From contig JBITNC010000001.1 in assembly GCA_050084985.1 (NCBI GenBank), forward strand, positions 34,720,001-34,784,000: 64,000 bases of DNA. Direction: 5' to 3'. The DNA comes from Nageia nagi (taxonomy: Eukaryota > Plantae > Pinophyta). A program made the position numbers and the translations under genes. Positions 28,001 through 40,945 of the stretch are shown piece after piece; the first letter of the stretch is position 1, and the number at the start of each line of letters is the position of its first letter. Under the pieces are notes generated by a model that searched no databases, was not told the origin of the DNA, and saw nothing but the letters and a program-made list of their open reading frames with translations.

Positions 28001-28950
28001 CTTCCATGGTAGTTGACAAAAGCCTCCAATCCATGGAGAATAAGATTGATAAAATGAATAAAAATTTAGATCAATACAAAAAAGAATGCTCCCAAAAGGA
28101 TAAAATAATAGTCAAGTTCTTGAACCAAAATAAGGAATTAATAGAGAAGCTAGATAAGTAGAAGTCTGAGTTTGAAAAGAGTCTGGAATAGGGTAAGGTT
28201 GAGCTAGAAAATGTAAAGAAATAAATGGAATATCTAAAGGCTCAAGCCAACATGATGGAAAAACAAATAGCTCAACATACAAAGGAGGAGTTGAAGAAGC
28301 TAGTAGTTGCAAATAATGCACTTGATGATGATAAGACAAAACTACTTTAGATTGTTAAAAATTTCAAAAAATCCTTGGTTCAACAAATAGGGGAGAGAAT
28401 AGTGAGTTTATCATAACTATATTTATTGAAAAATCAAACAAAATAGGATTTCTAATAGTGTATCACTTAGGCTACTCTAAACAAATTAGCCCTAGCTATA
28501 CCCAGATCAACCATTGAAGGAATGTAGAGTTGGTTGAAGGCATTAACAAAAAAAGATGTAGCTACCATAACTTTAAGGACAAGTTAAACAATTTTGAGGA
28601 GAACTTAAGATATTTATGATTTACAAGATCTGGTGTTTAGTGTAGATATTTAGAAATACTAGCTAAAGATATAAATTGGTTTTGTAAATAAATTCTTTCA
28701 TTCTTTAATTGAATTGAAGACTCATAAATTATGGGAGGAATAATATGTACAAGGTAGGGCCAACCAATTGGTGGAAAATACCATATAGTTTTTGGAAAAA
28801 TCTTTCTATATGCCAAAATATTGGAAAGTGTGCTAATAGTTTTTAGAGCAAATATAGTTAAACTGTAGACATGCCTTATTTTATCACAAATAGACTACTA
28901 GGATTTAAAAGATTTGTATATGAAAGTCCAATATTTACTCCCTTCCAAAT
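25058..28950 (+). pseudogene. Degenerate extra ORF(s) between pol and the 3' LTR of element C
   Basis: Long interrupted frame MRRRRVLELNL...GLAYYVPYESFTCPELLYSIIL...DYSLEAIIHIFAI...AYNIIEGHIYYDF, followed by a K/E-rich and coiled-coil-like region (QSMENKIDKMNKNLDQYKKEC). Confidence 0.7.
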
Positions 28951-29062
28951 TAGTTTCACCTCCCAAAACTTCAACAAAAGATTCATTTGGGTAGGTAATT
29001 GGGAGAAACAAATAAGGATATGATTCTTCAATAGGATGAGATTCGAAGAACCACCAAAAGAC

Positions 29063-30934
29063 TATTATTCTTTTAGAATCACATAGTTAAAATAGGGCAA
29101 CATTCTATTATTCTTTCATTCCTTTCAAGTAACTCATTCTTAATTCTGTTTCTTTCTTCCCTTTCATATTTTATAAATATTGAAATGGTAATTATTCTTT
29201 GTACTTAGTCAATTTTATCAAAATTTTGTTAAGTATAGGGAATTCCAGGTGCTGTTAATGTATGTTTGAGTCATGTACAATTTATTTGGTAACTTAATCA
29301 CTATTTTATTCAAAAGTAGGTGTTGTCATGTAAATAAATCCTAGAGGTTGATCACTACTCAATCGAGTATTTTTCGATAAATATATATAGGTTTGAGGTC
29401 ACAAGACACTATCAATATGTCTAATTCATATTCAAGAAATAATGTAGCATGTTTGGGAAATAGTGTAACACGTAAGGGAAGTAAATGTTTGAGTCAAGTT
29501 ATAGGTATTGTAAAAGTTTAAATCTTTTTGGGAAATATTGTGAATGTGATTCACTATAAAAGTAAAGTTACTAATGGGTAATATCTTAAATCCCTTGGAT
29601 TTATAGAGAAGGAACTCTATCGTACATCCAAAATTAGCCAAAAATATTTCAAGAATATATCATCTACATCCTGCTAATTTGAAGTGATAATGTCACACAT
29701 TTGGTCCAACTTAGTAGGTGCTAATACAATCTATCAATAGGTACTACCTAGGAGGTAGTTAACAAGAGATACTTTAGAAGATCTATTATCCAGAGCCCAT
29801 CTATTTTGATCAATGACATCATACTTTTTTTCAAAAATTGGTGAGTACTAAAACAAGTCCCAGTAAGTAATAAACCCTACCAAAGTAAATAAGACCCACT
29901 ATATTGGGAAAGGAATAGTGAGTTAAGGGAAACATCCAAGTTCACTTAATCATGAGTGTTTGACCCCTAGGGTTTTATCAATGTGTTGAACATTACTCAT
30001 TTCCACATGATAGTAGCAGTTCTTCCTTATGTTTCAATGCTACATTTTTCATTTCCCTTACAATTCCCTACAACTTAGAGCTAAAATAATTACCATAAAT
30101 GGTTGAAAAAAGTTATATGGTTTTCAATAGAGCACAAAGAAAAACCATACCAATCAAGCTAGTACACCATGCCTTGACAATGAGCTATAGTTGCAATAGG
30201 ATGCAATCAATAATAAATCAAAGATTTTGTAGCTAAAGAAGTATAACAATTTAGAGATAAATTTCTAGACCTTAGCATTGATTGTACCTTATCATTATGC
30301 AATCTAGCATAGTTGTGATTATAATTTCTACATTGTAAATAGTTTCTATTTTAATTATTAGTCAATAAGGTAATTAAGTGCATTAATGGTGGACAACCAC
30401 CCAATTGTAAATAAGAACATATAATAGTGTATTGTTAGAATTCCAAAAGGTTGAAAATTCTAGCAAATTTGCTTAGTGTATGAAATACTTTCATGTGTGA
30501 TAATACAATGTAATGATATTTTTTCCTTCATAGTTTGTGACTATTCATTATGTTATATAAATATTATGCATGAAGTATTATCTTAAGGTATGGTTGTGTA
30601 TTATGATTGTGAGACCCCAAGAGTAAGATAGTTTGCTATTCATAATCTCAGCTATGGATTGCTTCCTGCATAGTAATGCCTAGGCTAGTTAGTTATAATT
30701 CCTTTCTCTATTTTGTTTATTTATCTATTTCTTTTTACTCTTATATTTTATCTCTTTCTAGTTGCTTTTGACCTTTACTATAGATTAGAACTTACCTATA
30801 ATCTAGAGATTGAGCAAAAATCCCTCATGAGCACATTCTCCCACCACCATCTACTCTTTCAAGGACCTTACTTTTGTGGTAAATGGAGAAAATGACTAGA
30901 ATAAATTTTTGAGGTTACATCATATCGATCAATA
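29063..30934 (+). repeat. 3' LTR of element C (1872 bp)
   Basis: Direct repeat of 16655-18535, followed by TSD GACTC. Confidence 0.9.
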
Positions 30935-33900
30935 GACTCATAATCAATTCCCTTAGCAACAAATACTGATTCCTCACTACTTCCTTCATGAAGATGTATG
31001 CTACTTGATTTTTTTGTGGAGAAATAACTTAGTTTCCCTATTCCTTCTCCACCATGTCTCAAATGAAGTGATATTTTATGTCAAAATATTTGGACCTTGA
31101 ATGGTGGATAGGATCATGAACCAACTTGATGTCATTTTGGTTGTTATAATATAAAGTAGTAGGCATACCTTTCTTCTCCCTAATCTCTTCTAACACTTTC
31201 CTAATCCATAAAGGCTATGCACTTGCTGATGTGAGTGCAATATATTCAACTTATATAGAAGATAATGTAACTATTGCTTACTTCTTGGAACTCATTTTAA
31301 TCAATCCTAATCCTAAGGAGAAGCATTTTACACTCATGGAATTTATGTTATCTATGTTACTTCTCCAATCACTATCACTAAAACCCACTAGATTCAACTA
31401 CTTTTCTTGGTTATAGTGGATTCCATAATAAATGGTAACTCTCACATATCTTAGTACCCTCTTTTCCACCTTCAAGTGCAATTATGATGGATCCACCATG
31501 TACCTGGAACACTGAGAAATCAAAAAAATAAAAATATAGCCTAATGTTACACAAAAATATCAGGCTACCCACTTTACTCCTACACTCCATTTTATTTGCT
31601 TTCTCTACTCCATCATGTAGACTCAAAACTTCTCCACATGCTATTGGAGTTGCTATAGGTTTTCTCTCATTCAATCCAAACCTTTTCAACATATATCTAA
31701 CATACTTTTATTAACACAAAGATTTCACTACTAGACTGATGTACCTCCATTTTTAGGAAACAACTCATCAAACCTAAGTCTCTTTCTTCATATCTTCCTT
31801 AAATGTATCAATCAAATTTTAACTACTTCCCATACATAGCATGTCATCAACATAAAGATACACTATAAAAATATTGGTACCTTTCCTCTTGTAATACTAA
31901 GTAGGTTCACTTTTACCCCACTCAAAACCACACTGTAGGAAGTAATCATGTATTCTATAATAGTAGGCTCTTATGGATTGCTTCAGCCCATATAAAGCTT
32001 TCCTTAACATGTATACTTTATCTTTTTTTCTTGGGAAAACAAATTTCTATGACTATTCCATATAAAACTCCTCATCCAAATAACTATTCAGGAAGGCACT
32101 TTTAACATCTATATGATGGACTTCCACTTCTTGTGTGCTTCCAATGATAGTAATATCTAAAATATATCTTACCTTGAAATTAAAGAAAAGGTCATACCTT
32201 ATACCTCTCAAATGATCCATCACTATTTTTCTTTATTTTATAGACCCATTTATAGCCTACAACCTTCCTATCTTTGGGAAAATCCACCAACTCCCAAGTA
32301 TTCTTCTTCTTATTGTTATCCATCTATTCTTGCATTGCCTTCAACCAAAATTTATTAGTACATGAGTTTTCAAAACTTAAAGACTCTATAACATCTAAAA
32401 TAAGTTTTGAAGCATTATTAACTATAGAAATCAATGCATAATTGCAACATCACCTTTCACCTCACCACTATCATCATCTCCATATAGATGCAACTTCTCT
32501 AACCTCTCAATCATTGAGTTCAACACTATAGTTGCACTTTTGGTCAACCTCTTATTGAATTTTTTTATCAAGCATTGAATACTTGGGTTGGTCCTTCAAC
32601 AACCTTGTTCCTTTACCTTTTGTTGGTGGTGATAGTAGAGACTCATGAGTACTACTTTTTGGACTTGCAAAAGAGCTTGAAGAGGTATGTACTCCCCTTT
32701 TGTACCAATATGGGATGTAATGAAACACTTCTTATTTCTACCTTCTCATTACTAAAAACATAATAAAAAATATCATCTACAAATAATTTTTGAGAACTAG
32801 ACCTCCAATTTCCCCCTTCATCAAAAATTGCATCTCTAGATGTAATAATTCTATGAGTAATAGGATTATAAAATCTCTAAGATTTGGAAAGCTCATTGTA
32901 ACCAATAAATAGAAACTTTTAGAATTTGAATCTAATTTTATCCTATTCTCATCATTTATGTGTACAAAATCCAAACATACAAATACCTTAAAATGACTAA
33001 CATTAGGTTTTTTCCCATACCAACACTCATAAGGGGTTACATTATCTAAACTTATAGAAGGAGATATATTTAGAATATAATTGGTTTTATGAATAGTAAC
33101 AACCCAATAAAACTTTCTCATACCTTTCTTTTGCATCATACATCAATCCATCTCCACCAATGTTCTATTTTTTCTCTTGTCCACTCCATTTTGCTATGGA
33201 GTGTAGAGACTAGTCAATTGCCTTTTTATCCCATACTCACTACAAAAACTCTCAAACTCAATTGAAAAATATTCACCACCCCTATCTATCCTCAAGCATT
33301 TAATATATGCACCACACCCATTCTTAACTAGGGCCTTAAACCTTTTAAAATAGGTTAATGCTTCATCCTTCTTTTTAATAAAAAAGACCTAGAAATATCT
33401 AGAGTAATCATCTATGAAGGTAATAAAGTATGAGGCTTGACCCATACTTTATCAAACAACAAATATCACTATGTACTAGTTATAATGGATATTTGGCCCT
33501 CTATGCTTCATCATGTAGGAACTTTTCTATGGCAAGTTTCCCTAATGCATAACCCTCATAGATCTCCTTGGAGACTTATACTTTCAGGAAACCATAAACA
33601 AGCAGTGAATGCATACTCAAACTCTTATAGTGTAGGTGTCCAAACCTTAACTACCACAACCTCTCCTTACCTTCTACTTCAAAAAATGCCATCTTTTCCC
33701 ATAGATCAACAAACTGCAAAGGGAAGAGTCTATTCTTTAACATATTGATAGTTGTTAGTAACTTCCTTCTTTTATAAAACATCTTACACATCTTATATTT
33801 AAAAATAATCTTATAATCCTTCTTTAACATCTGACCTATGCTCATCAAAGGATGTTTCAAATTGGGTGTATAATAAATATCCTTTACTTTCATCTTAGCT

Positions 33901-36842
33901 TTCCTACTAGGAACCTCTATCTCACCTTTTGGTACAACCTCTAGATTCTTCTCATCTCACAACCTAATACTATATTGGTAGGTAGAATCAAGTGAAAAGA
34001 AAATATTATTTCTCTTGATCATATGGTTTGTGCACTTGCTATTCAAGATCCACTCCATTGAAAAATTTTATGTATAGAGGAGAACTTGATCTACTAGAGG
34101 TTCTTCAATCATGTAAAATAGGGTATCTTCTTCATACCTATAGTTATCCTCACCATAATAATTTGATTTTTTCAACCCATAATCTCTTTTGTAATGCCCA
34201 TATTTATTATAGTGATAACATTATATATTTCTCATATCATGATCTTCTCTTCCTCTTTAGTATATATTAGATCCTTCTCTTAATGTATAATATTGTTTAA
34301 AATCTTCACCTTAATATTGAGATCTTTTTTGATATCTACCTCCTCTTCAACCTCATCTATGATTGTGACCTCTACCTCTAGAGTGATGACCATCATGACT
34401 TTTTATAGATCCCTCATCTTTTTTTGTAGGAATTTCTCATTCCTCTATAGGAACACTTCCTCTAGCTCTATCTTGCTTTCTCTTGGTAATCCTCTCCTCA
34501 TGGGAAGTAAGAGTATTGATTAGTGAATCTAGATCCATATTTGATAGATCTTTGGTCTCCTCTATGATCAATGTCATACTATCAAAGTTTTCGGTAAGGG
34601 TTCAAAGAACCTTATTGATAATCACCTCTTGATCAATATTATCTTCTAATTTGACCATTTTGTTAACCATAAATTTCATACAAATGTAGTAATCTCTTAT
34701 AATTTCATTCTTGTCTTTCTTTAGGTTCTCAAAATCTTGATGTAGCATTTGTAACTTCACCTCCTTAAATTGTGCACTCCCTTGGTAGTTTTCTTTCAGT
34801 GCCTTCCAAGATTCTTAAGCTGAGGTACATGCAAAAATTCAAGGAAAGAAGCTTTTGGATGGAATTAATTTGATCAATACCATAGCTAATTTATTCTTCA
34901 TGTGTTTATCTCCTATCTCCTTTTTTGATCCATAAATAATGCATTCTAATCCTTTGGTTCAATGTATCCATCTTCTATAATCTTTTAGAAACCTTTACCT
35001 TTCTAAATCATTCTCATTATGATGCTCTAGTAGTTGTAGTTAGATTTATTAAATTTAGGTATCAAAATAAAATTGCTATTACTAGCCATTATACCCTTCT
35101 ACAACAAGAACTATGATCTCTAGGAAATCTTTGATAAAGCTTACCATCAACAAACCCATAGTTGCTCAAACCTAACTCTTAATTTCCCTTGTTTGATAAC
35201 AAATGAAGAATTAAAAGAATATACATAATTATAATAATATGGAGCAAATCAAATTGGATTTAGCCTTGAAATTTCCTATATCCTATATTTTGGCAAAAAT
35301 TCAGTAGAGTTTCAATACAATATTCAATCAAGACTTGTAGAGATCACACACAACAAAACTATAAAGAGATTATAGAAAACCCTAGAAATTGGCTTAAGTA
35401 CACAATACCAAACTAAATAAAGAAATACCTAACCCTAGATTTGAATCTCATCCATTTGGATCTACATCAATGGTGGTTGTTACATCTATTAAACTAAGAA
35501 GAAAATAACTACTAAAAATAGTCTAAGAAAGATGTCTTCATATTTCAGCTATAACTTTTAACTTGGGTATCTATTTGAGCCTTTTTTTTTCCCTAAATTG
35601 CATAGATTTTGAAGCTCTATGATTTTGGTATGTTTTTTTTTTTTAAATAAGACATTATCAAAGATTGAAAACATCATTATATATCCTAAACTTTGATTTC
35701 AATGTTTGGCCATATTTCCAATAATCTCTTCTCATGAGCCCAAAGAATCTCCTAAGAAGCCTCATTACATTATGCAGTTAGTTCCCTAAAATACTTGAAT
35801 AAATTTCATGTAAAAAAATGAGAAACCTTAATTTATCTAAACTCATACCCTAATGAGTCATAAGTCAAAGACTCTTTTTTTATCTTATCCATAACCCAAC
35901 TCTATCATGTATTTGGTTATTTTTCAGACAAGATTCTATCATAAAAGTTGTTAATGAACAAGGCTTATCAAAATCTATTCCCTCTCATATTCCTAAGAAG
36001 AGTGTATTTATAACCACTTCATTACCTATTATTGTTGAGAAACCTAGCAAAAAAATCATTTGTTTTAAGCATGTTATCCCATAAATCCCACCATATAGAC
36101 CATTACTACCTATATCAAGCATGCTATCATGTGCCTTGGATAAGATTTCATCATCTACTAATTCACCAATTTCACCATCATCATCATCTCTTATGCATAG
36201 ACCTACATGTTTACATTTCCAACCCACTCTAGGGGAAAATAATATTGGAAAGTAAAAATTAAAGAGTATGATGCATTACATGGCTTCTTCATCTTATTAC
36301 ATGAAGTTTTTTTTACTTTGTTGAGCCTATATAAGATCTTGTATCTAATTTAGTTTTTAGTAAAGTTGAAGAGGATGAAGAGTTTTTTTTATGTATATCA
36401 TGTTCAAGTTAAGTTTTTAGTCTTGTTATGGAGGAATATGAAATGAATGATATGATATTTAGAATTCCCTCTATCCATGAAGTATATCATCCTTGTTCAT
36501 CACCTATTGCAAGTGGTCAGTTAGTTCCACTTGGTGTTCCTCTAAAGAAAACATTCTTTATTCATGCAAGACCATATATCCCTTCTTAGAGTTCTTACAA
36601 ACTCCAATATACATAGATCCAATTTGTGGAAATATAAACTATTTATAGCCTTAAGCTCGATAATTTATCTAAATATATTTTAAAATATATCAATGGCAAG
36701 GGTATGGACTTGGTTTCTATGATCAAGGTCTAAGATATGTTATTCAAGTTACCTATTAGATGCCGCATGAAAAAAGATGTTTGGGTTAATAAAGATCATA
36801 CTCAACAAGAGTACCCCTATGAATTTGTTGAGTTGGAAATTA

Positions 36843-36847
<5 letters not shown>

Positions 36848-36876
<29 letters not shown>
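36848..36876. repeat. (TA)n microsatellite
   Basis: About 14 TA units. Confidence 0.95.
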
Positions 36877-36879
<3 letters not shown>

Positions 36880-37744
36880 ACATTTATTAGAACAACTTGA
36901 GATTACAAAGTTGGTTAAGTTAGTTCCTATGGGTTTGTTCAACATATTTATGGTTTAAATTAAGAAATAATAGTTTATAATTAGGTTAGTTGAGATATAG
37001 TCATCAAGATCTTATTCTTACTCCTATTATGATTCACTTGACTTTTCTCCTCAATATCAAGGGATCATTATGTTAAGATTTTATTGTCATGCACATCAAT
37101 AGAAATGAGATATTTTTTTAGTTTTCCAATTGAGTTCCAAAGGAATATTACTAAAAGATTTATTTTTCAACATTGTACATATGCATTAGATATTAAAATT
37201 TAAGTAAATGATATTATTATTATGATCAGTTCTAGTGACATGTTAATGGAGGAATAATCAAATATTGAATGGGTCAGTATGTTATTTCTATGTTGGCCTT
37301 TTTATGTACAACACATATTGTGAGATTGTACATTCATGAATGAAATTACACCAAGTATATATGGTTTTACTATTGTAAAAATAAGATAGAATGTGAAATA
37401 ATTGAATGGTTAACCAATAGTGTCTCTACATAAAGTTATTTATGACTTTAGTAATTGGTTTATCTTAGGTTATTATTCCCTATGTAGAGAATAAGAAATG
37501 TAGATTTCTATACATCTAGGCACATTATCTACATGTGCCTCCTTAAGGTGAAGAATTTTACATATATTTTTTTAGTTTACCCTAAAAAGAGTAAGAAAAT
37601 CATCTATAACATCAAAATGAGGAAAGGAAAATCCTATATTTAAAAATCTATGATGTGAATATGATTCGATATGAGAGTGTGTGGGAATTAAAAAATCCTA
37701 TACAAAGTGGTAATGGAAGAAAAATGAAATATAAAAAATCAATA

Positions 37745-38420
37745 ATTTACACTATTATTGGATCTTATATTATAAGTCTTTTGAAATTTACATGATAAGT
37801 ATTTAATCAAGTTTCCAAATATAAAACCACCACTGACTGATACAAAATGGTATAATGAAAATGAGTATTTTGATTACCACTCCATGAAAGGGTATACAAT
37901 TAATAAATGTTGATAATTAAAATATGTAGTATATGATGTGGTAAAAAATGGAGAGCTTAAGGTGAAAATTCCTTTGATGATAAATTTAGAATCATTACTT
38001 CCATCTCCATCAAATTGTTATCCACATCCTCTATCCCAATAAAGAATGAATGTGATCATAGTTATTGATAGTCTACTAAGAATAAATAAAAATAACTTCA
38101 ACTTGATCAATATTTTACACCATTGGCAGATCCTGTGTCATACATTTCTTGAAAATTTATAATAATAAGTTGATAAATTTACCTAAAGAAAGATCATAAA
38201 TAATTGATATAATGAGTATAATGAAAATGAGTATTATGCTTACCATCAACAAAAAGGTCATGCTACTGATATCTATCAATAATTAAAATATGTAGTCTGA
38301 GATTTGATAAATGATCAAAAAATTAAAATATACACTCCTTTTATGATATATCCAAACCCATTGCTCCCATAATCATATCATACATCAAATACATCTACAT
38401 ATTCTATCCAATCAGAAGAT
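37745..38420 (+). mobile_element. Tat-type gag C-terminal remnant with two tandem zinc-knuckle modules
   Basis: WYNENEYFDYHSMKGYTINKC.*LKYVV and YNENEYYAYHQQKGHATDIYQ*LKYVV, 366 bp apart. Confidence 0.7.
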
Positions 38421-38459
38421 AATAAGAAAATATAAGGTTATACTTCACACTAGATCATA

Positions 38460-39600
38460 TGTAATGACCCAACTTAAATGCTATCAAGAATTTGAAAGTG
38501 ATTGAGACTATTTTTGTTACAATATGTCTAATTATGATTGGTTATATGCAATATTTATGTCAATTAGATGCTAGCTTTGAGAATTTTATGATATAGGTTA
38601 CAAGTTGATTCATCATGGGAGTTAGTTTGGAAACCCCAAGGAACCAAGGATGAGTTGGTTATGAGAACATATTGGTAAGAGTGAGGAAATGATTTGCTAA
38701 CAACCACATGTATCTTTGTAGATTATTTAGCTACATATCATAATTAATATGTATTATATTCAATCCCTATGATATGTATAATACTTATGTGTGCACTAAC
38801 AAAGATTTACCTTGCAAGATGAGTGATCTTTGCAGGTAAACTTGTGTGCCAAAAATTTAATATGCATGCCTTAATTACTTGACTATGTTTGAAGTTGGAA
38901 GAAATACTCTAAATATTTAAATTTTAATTTTAACCAAATCATTTTAGTTTTTACAAACAAAAATATCCTACGGGTTGGGTGAAAATGAAAATTTAGGGAT
39001 GAAAACTATTTTGGTAGTTTATCGTAGTTGAAAGGCTATCTTGGTATTTTGTAAAACTAATAGAGGAATCATATATATAAATTTTGGTATGTTAGACATG
39101 TGAAATTATTGATGAAACTTTTCCATACACTTTGGTGCCTAATGTGAGGTGTGCAAATTATTTTGTAAGACATAGAACTTGCAAATAAAATTGTCAAAAT
39201 CCTACCACAAAATAATGAAACCCCTACCCCTCACAAACAAAAACATGTGAAGTGGATAAATAGTTATACTTTTGGAGGGACTATACTGAATTTTGATTAC
39301 AAATACCCAAGTGAGTGATCATTATGGGAAACTTCTCCTCCTTTCCCAATCTTGGTCTAATAAGTTATGAGCGAAAGAATCTTCCTACTCTTGAGTCCAA
39401 GTTCTTTTCTAGCCTTTTAGACATTAGTACTAAAATGCTTAGCCAAGTTTTGAATTTTATTTGATAATTATTTTAGTATATTTGAAGGAGGAAATGCTTG
39501 TTTAGGAGTTTGTGATAATATTAATGGGATTATTTTTTAGTAATGGAGTACTTATTAAGATCTTATAAGGTTCTTCATTATCTTGTACCATTTGAGAGAC
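38460..39600 (+). mobile_element. Possible LTR fragment (extent uncertain)
   Basis: Starts TGTAATGACCC, a common Gypsy LTR start, followed by non-coding AT-rich sequence. No partner LTR or TSD identified. Confidence 0.3.
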
Positions 39601-39859
39601 ATAGTAATGGTATAATACATTTGCATGTGAGCATAAGGTATACTTTATCTATATGTGGAAGCTCTTTGTTTTAAATTACTTATTTTTTTTAAATGGATTT
39701 TTTTTTGGTTGTACGTGATCAAATAGTATATTTTGTCCATACATTAATGTTATAACTAGAAGGAAGTGAACTATTTAATAATTTTGTTTTTTTGGGTGGA
39801 AGTGATGGTCATGGATGTAATTTTCTTACAATTCATGTTAGTATCCTTTGTATTTTGAT

Positions 39860-40945
39860 CAAATCACAACATTCAATGAAAAACACTTTTCATCTCCTCT
39901 TTAATAGATGTTCATACCTTCTTATGAAATTTACATGATTACACATGCTAGAAGAATGTGGGAAAAGGATTGCAAAGTTTACTTCTATAAATTACATCTA
40001 CATAAAATCCTATAGAACCCTTTTAGAAAATCAATTTTGTGCAATCCATGAGACTACAATTCGATAAGGTATTTTTCCTTGTAATTTGTAGGCCTTTCTA
40101 TGCATCTATTTTGTGATTATTGCATCCCTAAAACTACATTTTGATGAATTAATTTATTAAATAATTCATTGGTCCTTCTAGTATATCCATTTTATGCATA
40201 TTCTACATTCATTGCATCCATGAGACTACACTTTAATGAGATGTTGTGTCAAACAACTTGTTCATCCTTCCAATTTTATATATATCTTAAATTCACTGAA
40301 TCCATAAGACTACATTTCTATGAAACATTTATTAAATAATTCATAGGCCCTTATAGCATATCCATAATATGCATATCCTATGCTCATTGCACCCATGAAA
40401 CTACATTTCAATGAGGCATTTTGTCTAATAATTTATAGGCCCTTACAATGTATCCATTTGTGTATTCATTGCACCCATGAAACTACATTTCAATGAGGCA
40501 TTTTATCTAACAATTTATAGGCCCTTACAACATATCCATTTGTGCATTCATTACACCCATGAAACTATGTTTCAATGAGGTATTTTATCTAACAATTTGT
40601 AGCCTCTTACAATGTATTTTTTTCTATGCATTTCTTGCATCCATTTCACCCATGAGACTACATTTTGATGAGGTATTTTGTTAAACTATTTGCATCCATT
40701 TTTTTTACGTAATATTTTTATGTATATCTTATGATCATTATGAACCATGAGATTGCATTTTTATGAGGTGTTCTATCAAAAAATTCATAACCTTTTAATG
40801 TATCCATTATATGCATATTTTGCAAATCATTGTAGTTCATGAGATAACATTTTGAAGTGGTATTTTGTCAAAAAATTCATAGAGCCATCCTAAGGTGGAG
40901 TAAGAAAAATAAATGAATCCCTCTTCAAAAATTCATGGTGCCATA
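39860..40945 (-). pseudogene. PLS-class pentatricopeptide repeat (PPR) pseudogene fragment forming a 10-unit tandem array
   Basis: Minus-strand units translate FFDKIPLQNVIS*TTMI.AKYAYNG, FFDRTPHKNAISW, FNKIPHQNVVSW, then P/L-like AQN*FSKRVL...HILLACVIM...EGMNIY. Unit spacing 80-95 bp (an S motif is 93 bp). Multiple frameshifts and stops. Confidence 0.85.

Larger units (their letters stand above)
16655..30934 (+). mobile_element. Element C: full-length 14.3-kb Ty3/Gypsy Tat-lineage retrotransposon (GAG-PR-aRH-RT-RH-INT plus extra ORF)
   Basis: LTRs 16655-18535 and 29063-30934; TSD GACTT/GACTC. gag ~19000-19500, PR (NCMIDIG) ~20620-20950, aRH (WIMYFDG..CTNN..VHGNFELVIKQV) 21200-21600, RT (VYMDDI at 22469), RH ~22850-23260, INT ~23300-24570. 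Many stop codons. Confidence 0.94.
16100..35723 (-). mobile_element. Element B: degenerate Ty1/Copia LTR retrotransposon, interrupted by element C
   Basis: ~530-bp LTRs at ~16100-16627 and 35190-35723. PPT AAGGGAGAGAA at 16628-16638. Minus-strand gag (MASNSNF..PKFNKSNY), Zn knuckle, PR (WILNSKCTNHM), integrase (TPYECWYGKKPNVSHFKVF), RT (YVDDML at ~31837-31860) and RH, in Copia order. Confidence 0.93.

Noticed and set aside
27160-28339. Hydrophobic or Ser-rich minus-strand ORFs as membrane proteins
   Set aside because: Antisense shadows of the purine-rich plus-strand extra ORF of element C.
39780-39860. DYW domain at the end of the PPR remnant
   Set aside because: An HHFH-like string is present but no CSC/DYW or HSE motifs.
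40046-40886. Plain satellite or CRISPR-like array
   Set aside because: The units translate to PPR motifs on the minus strand; reported as a PPR pseudogene instead.
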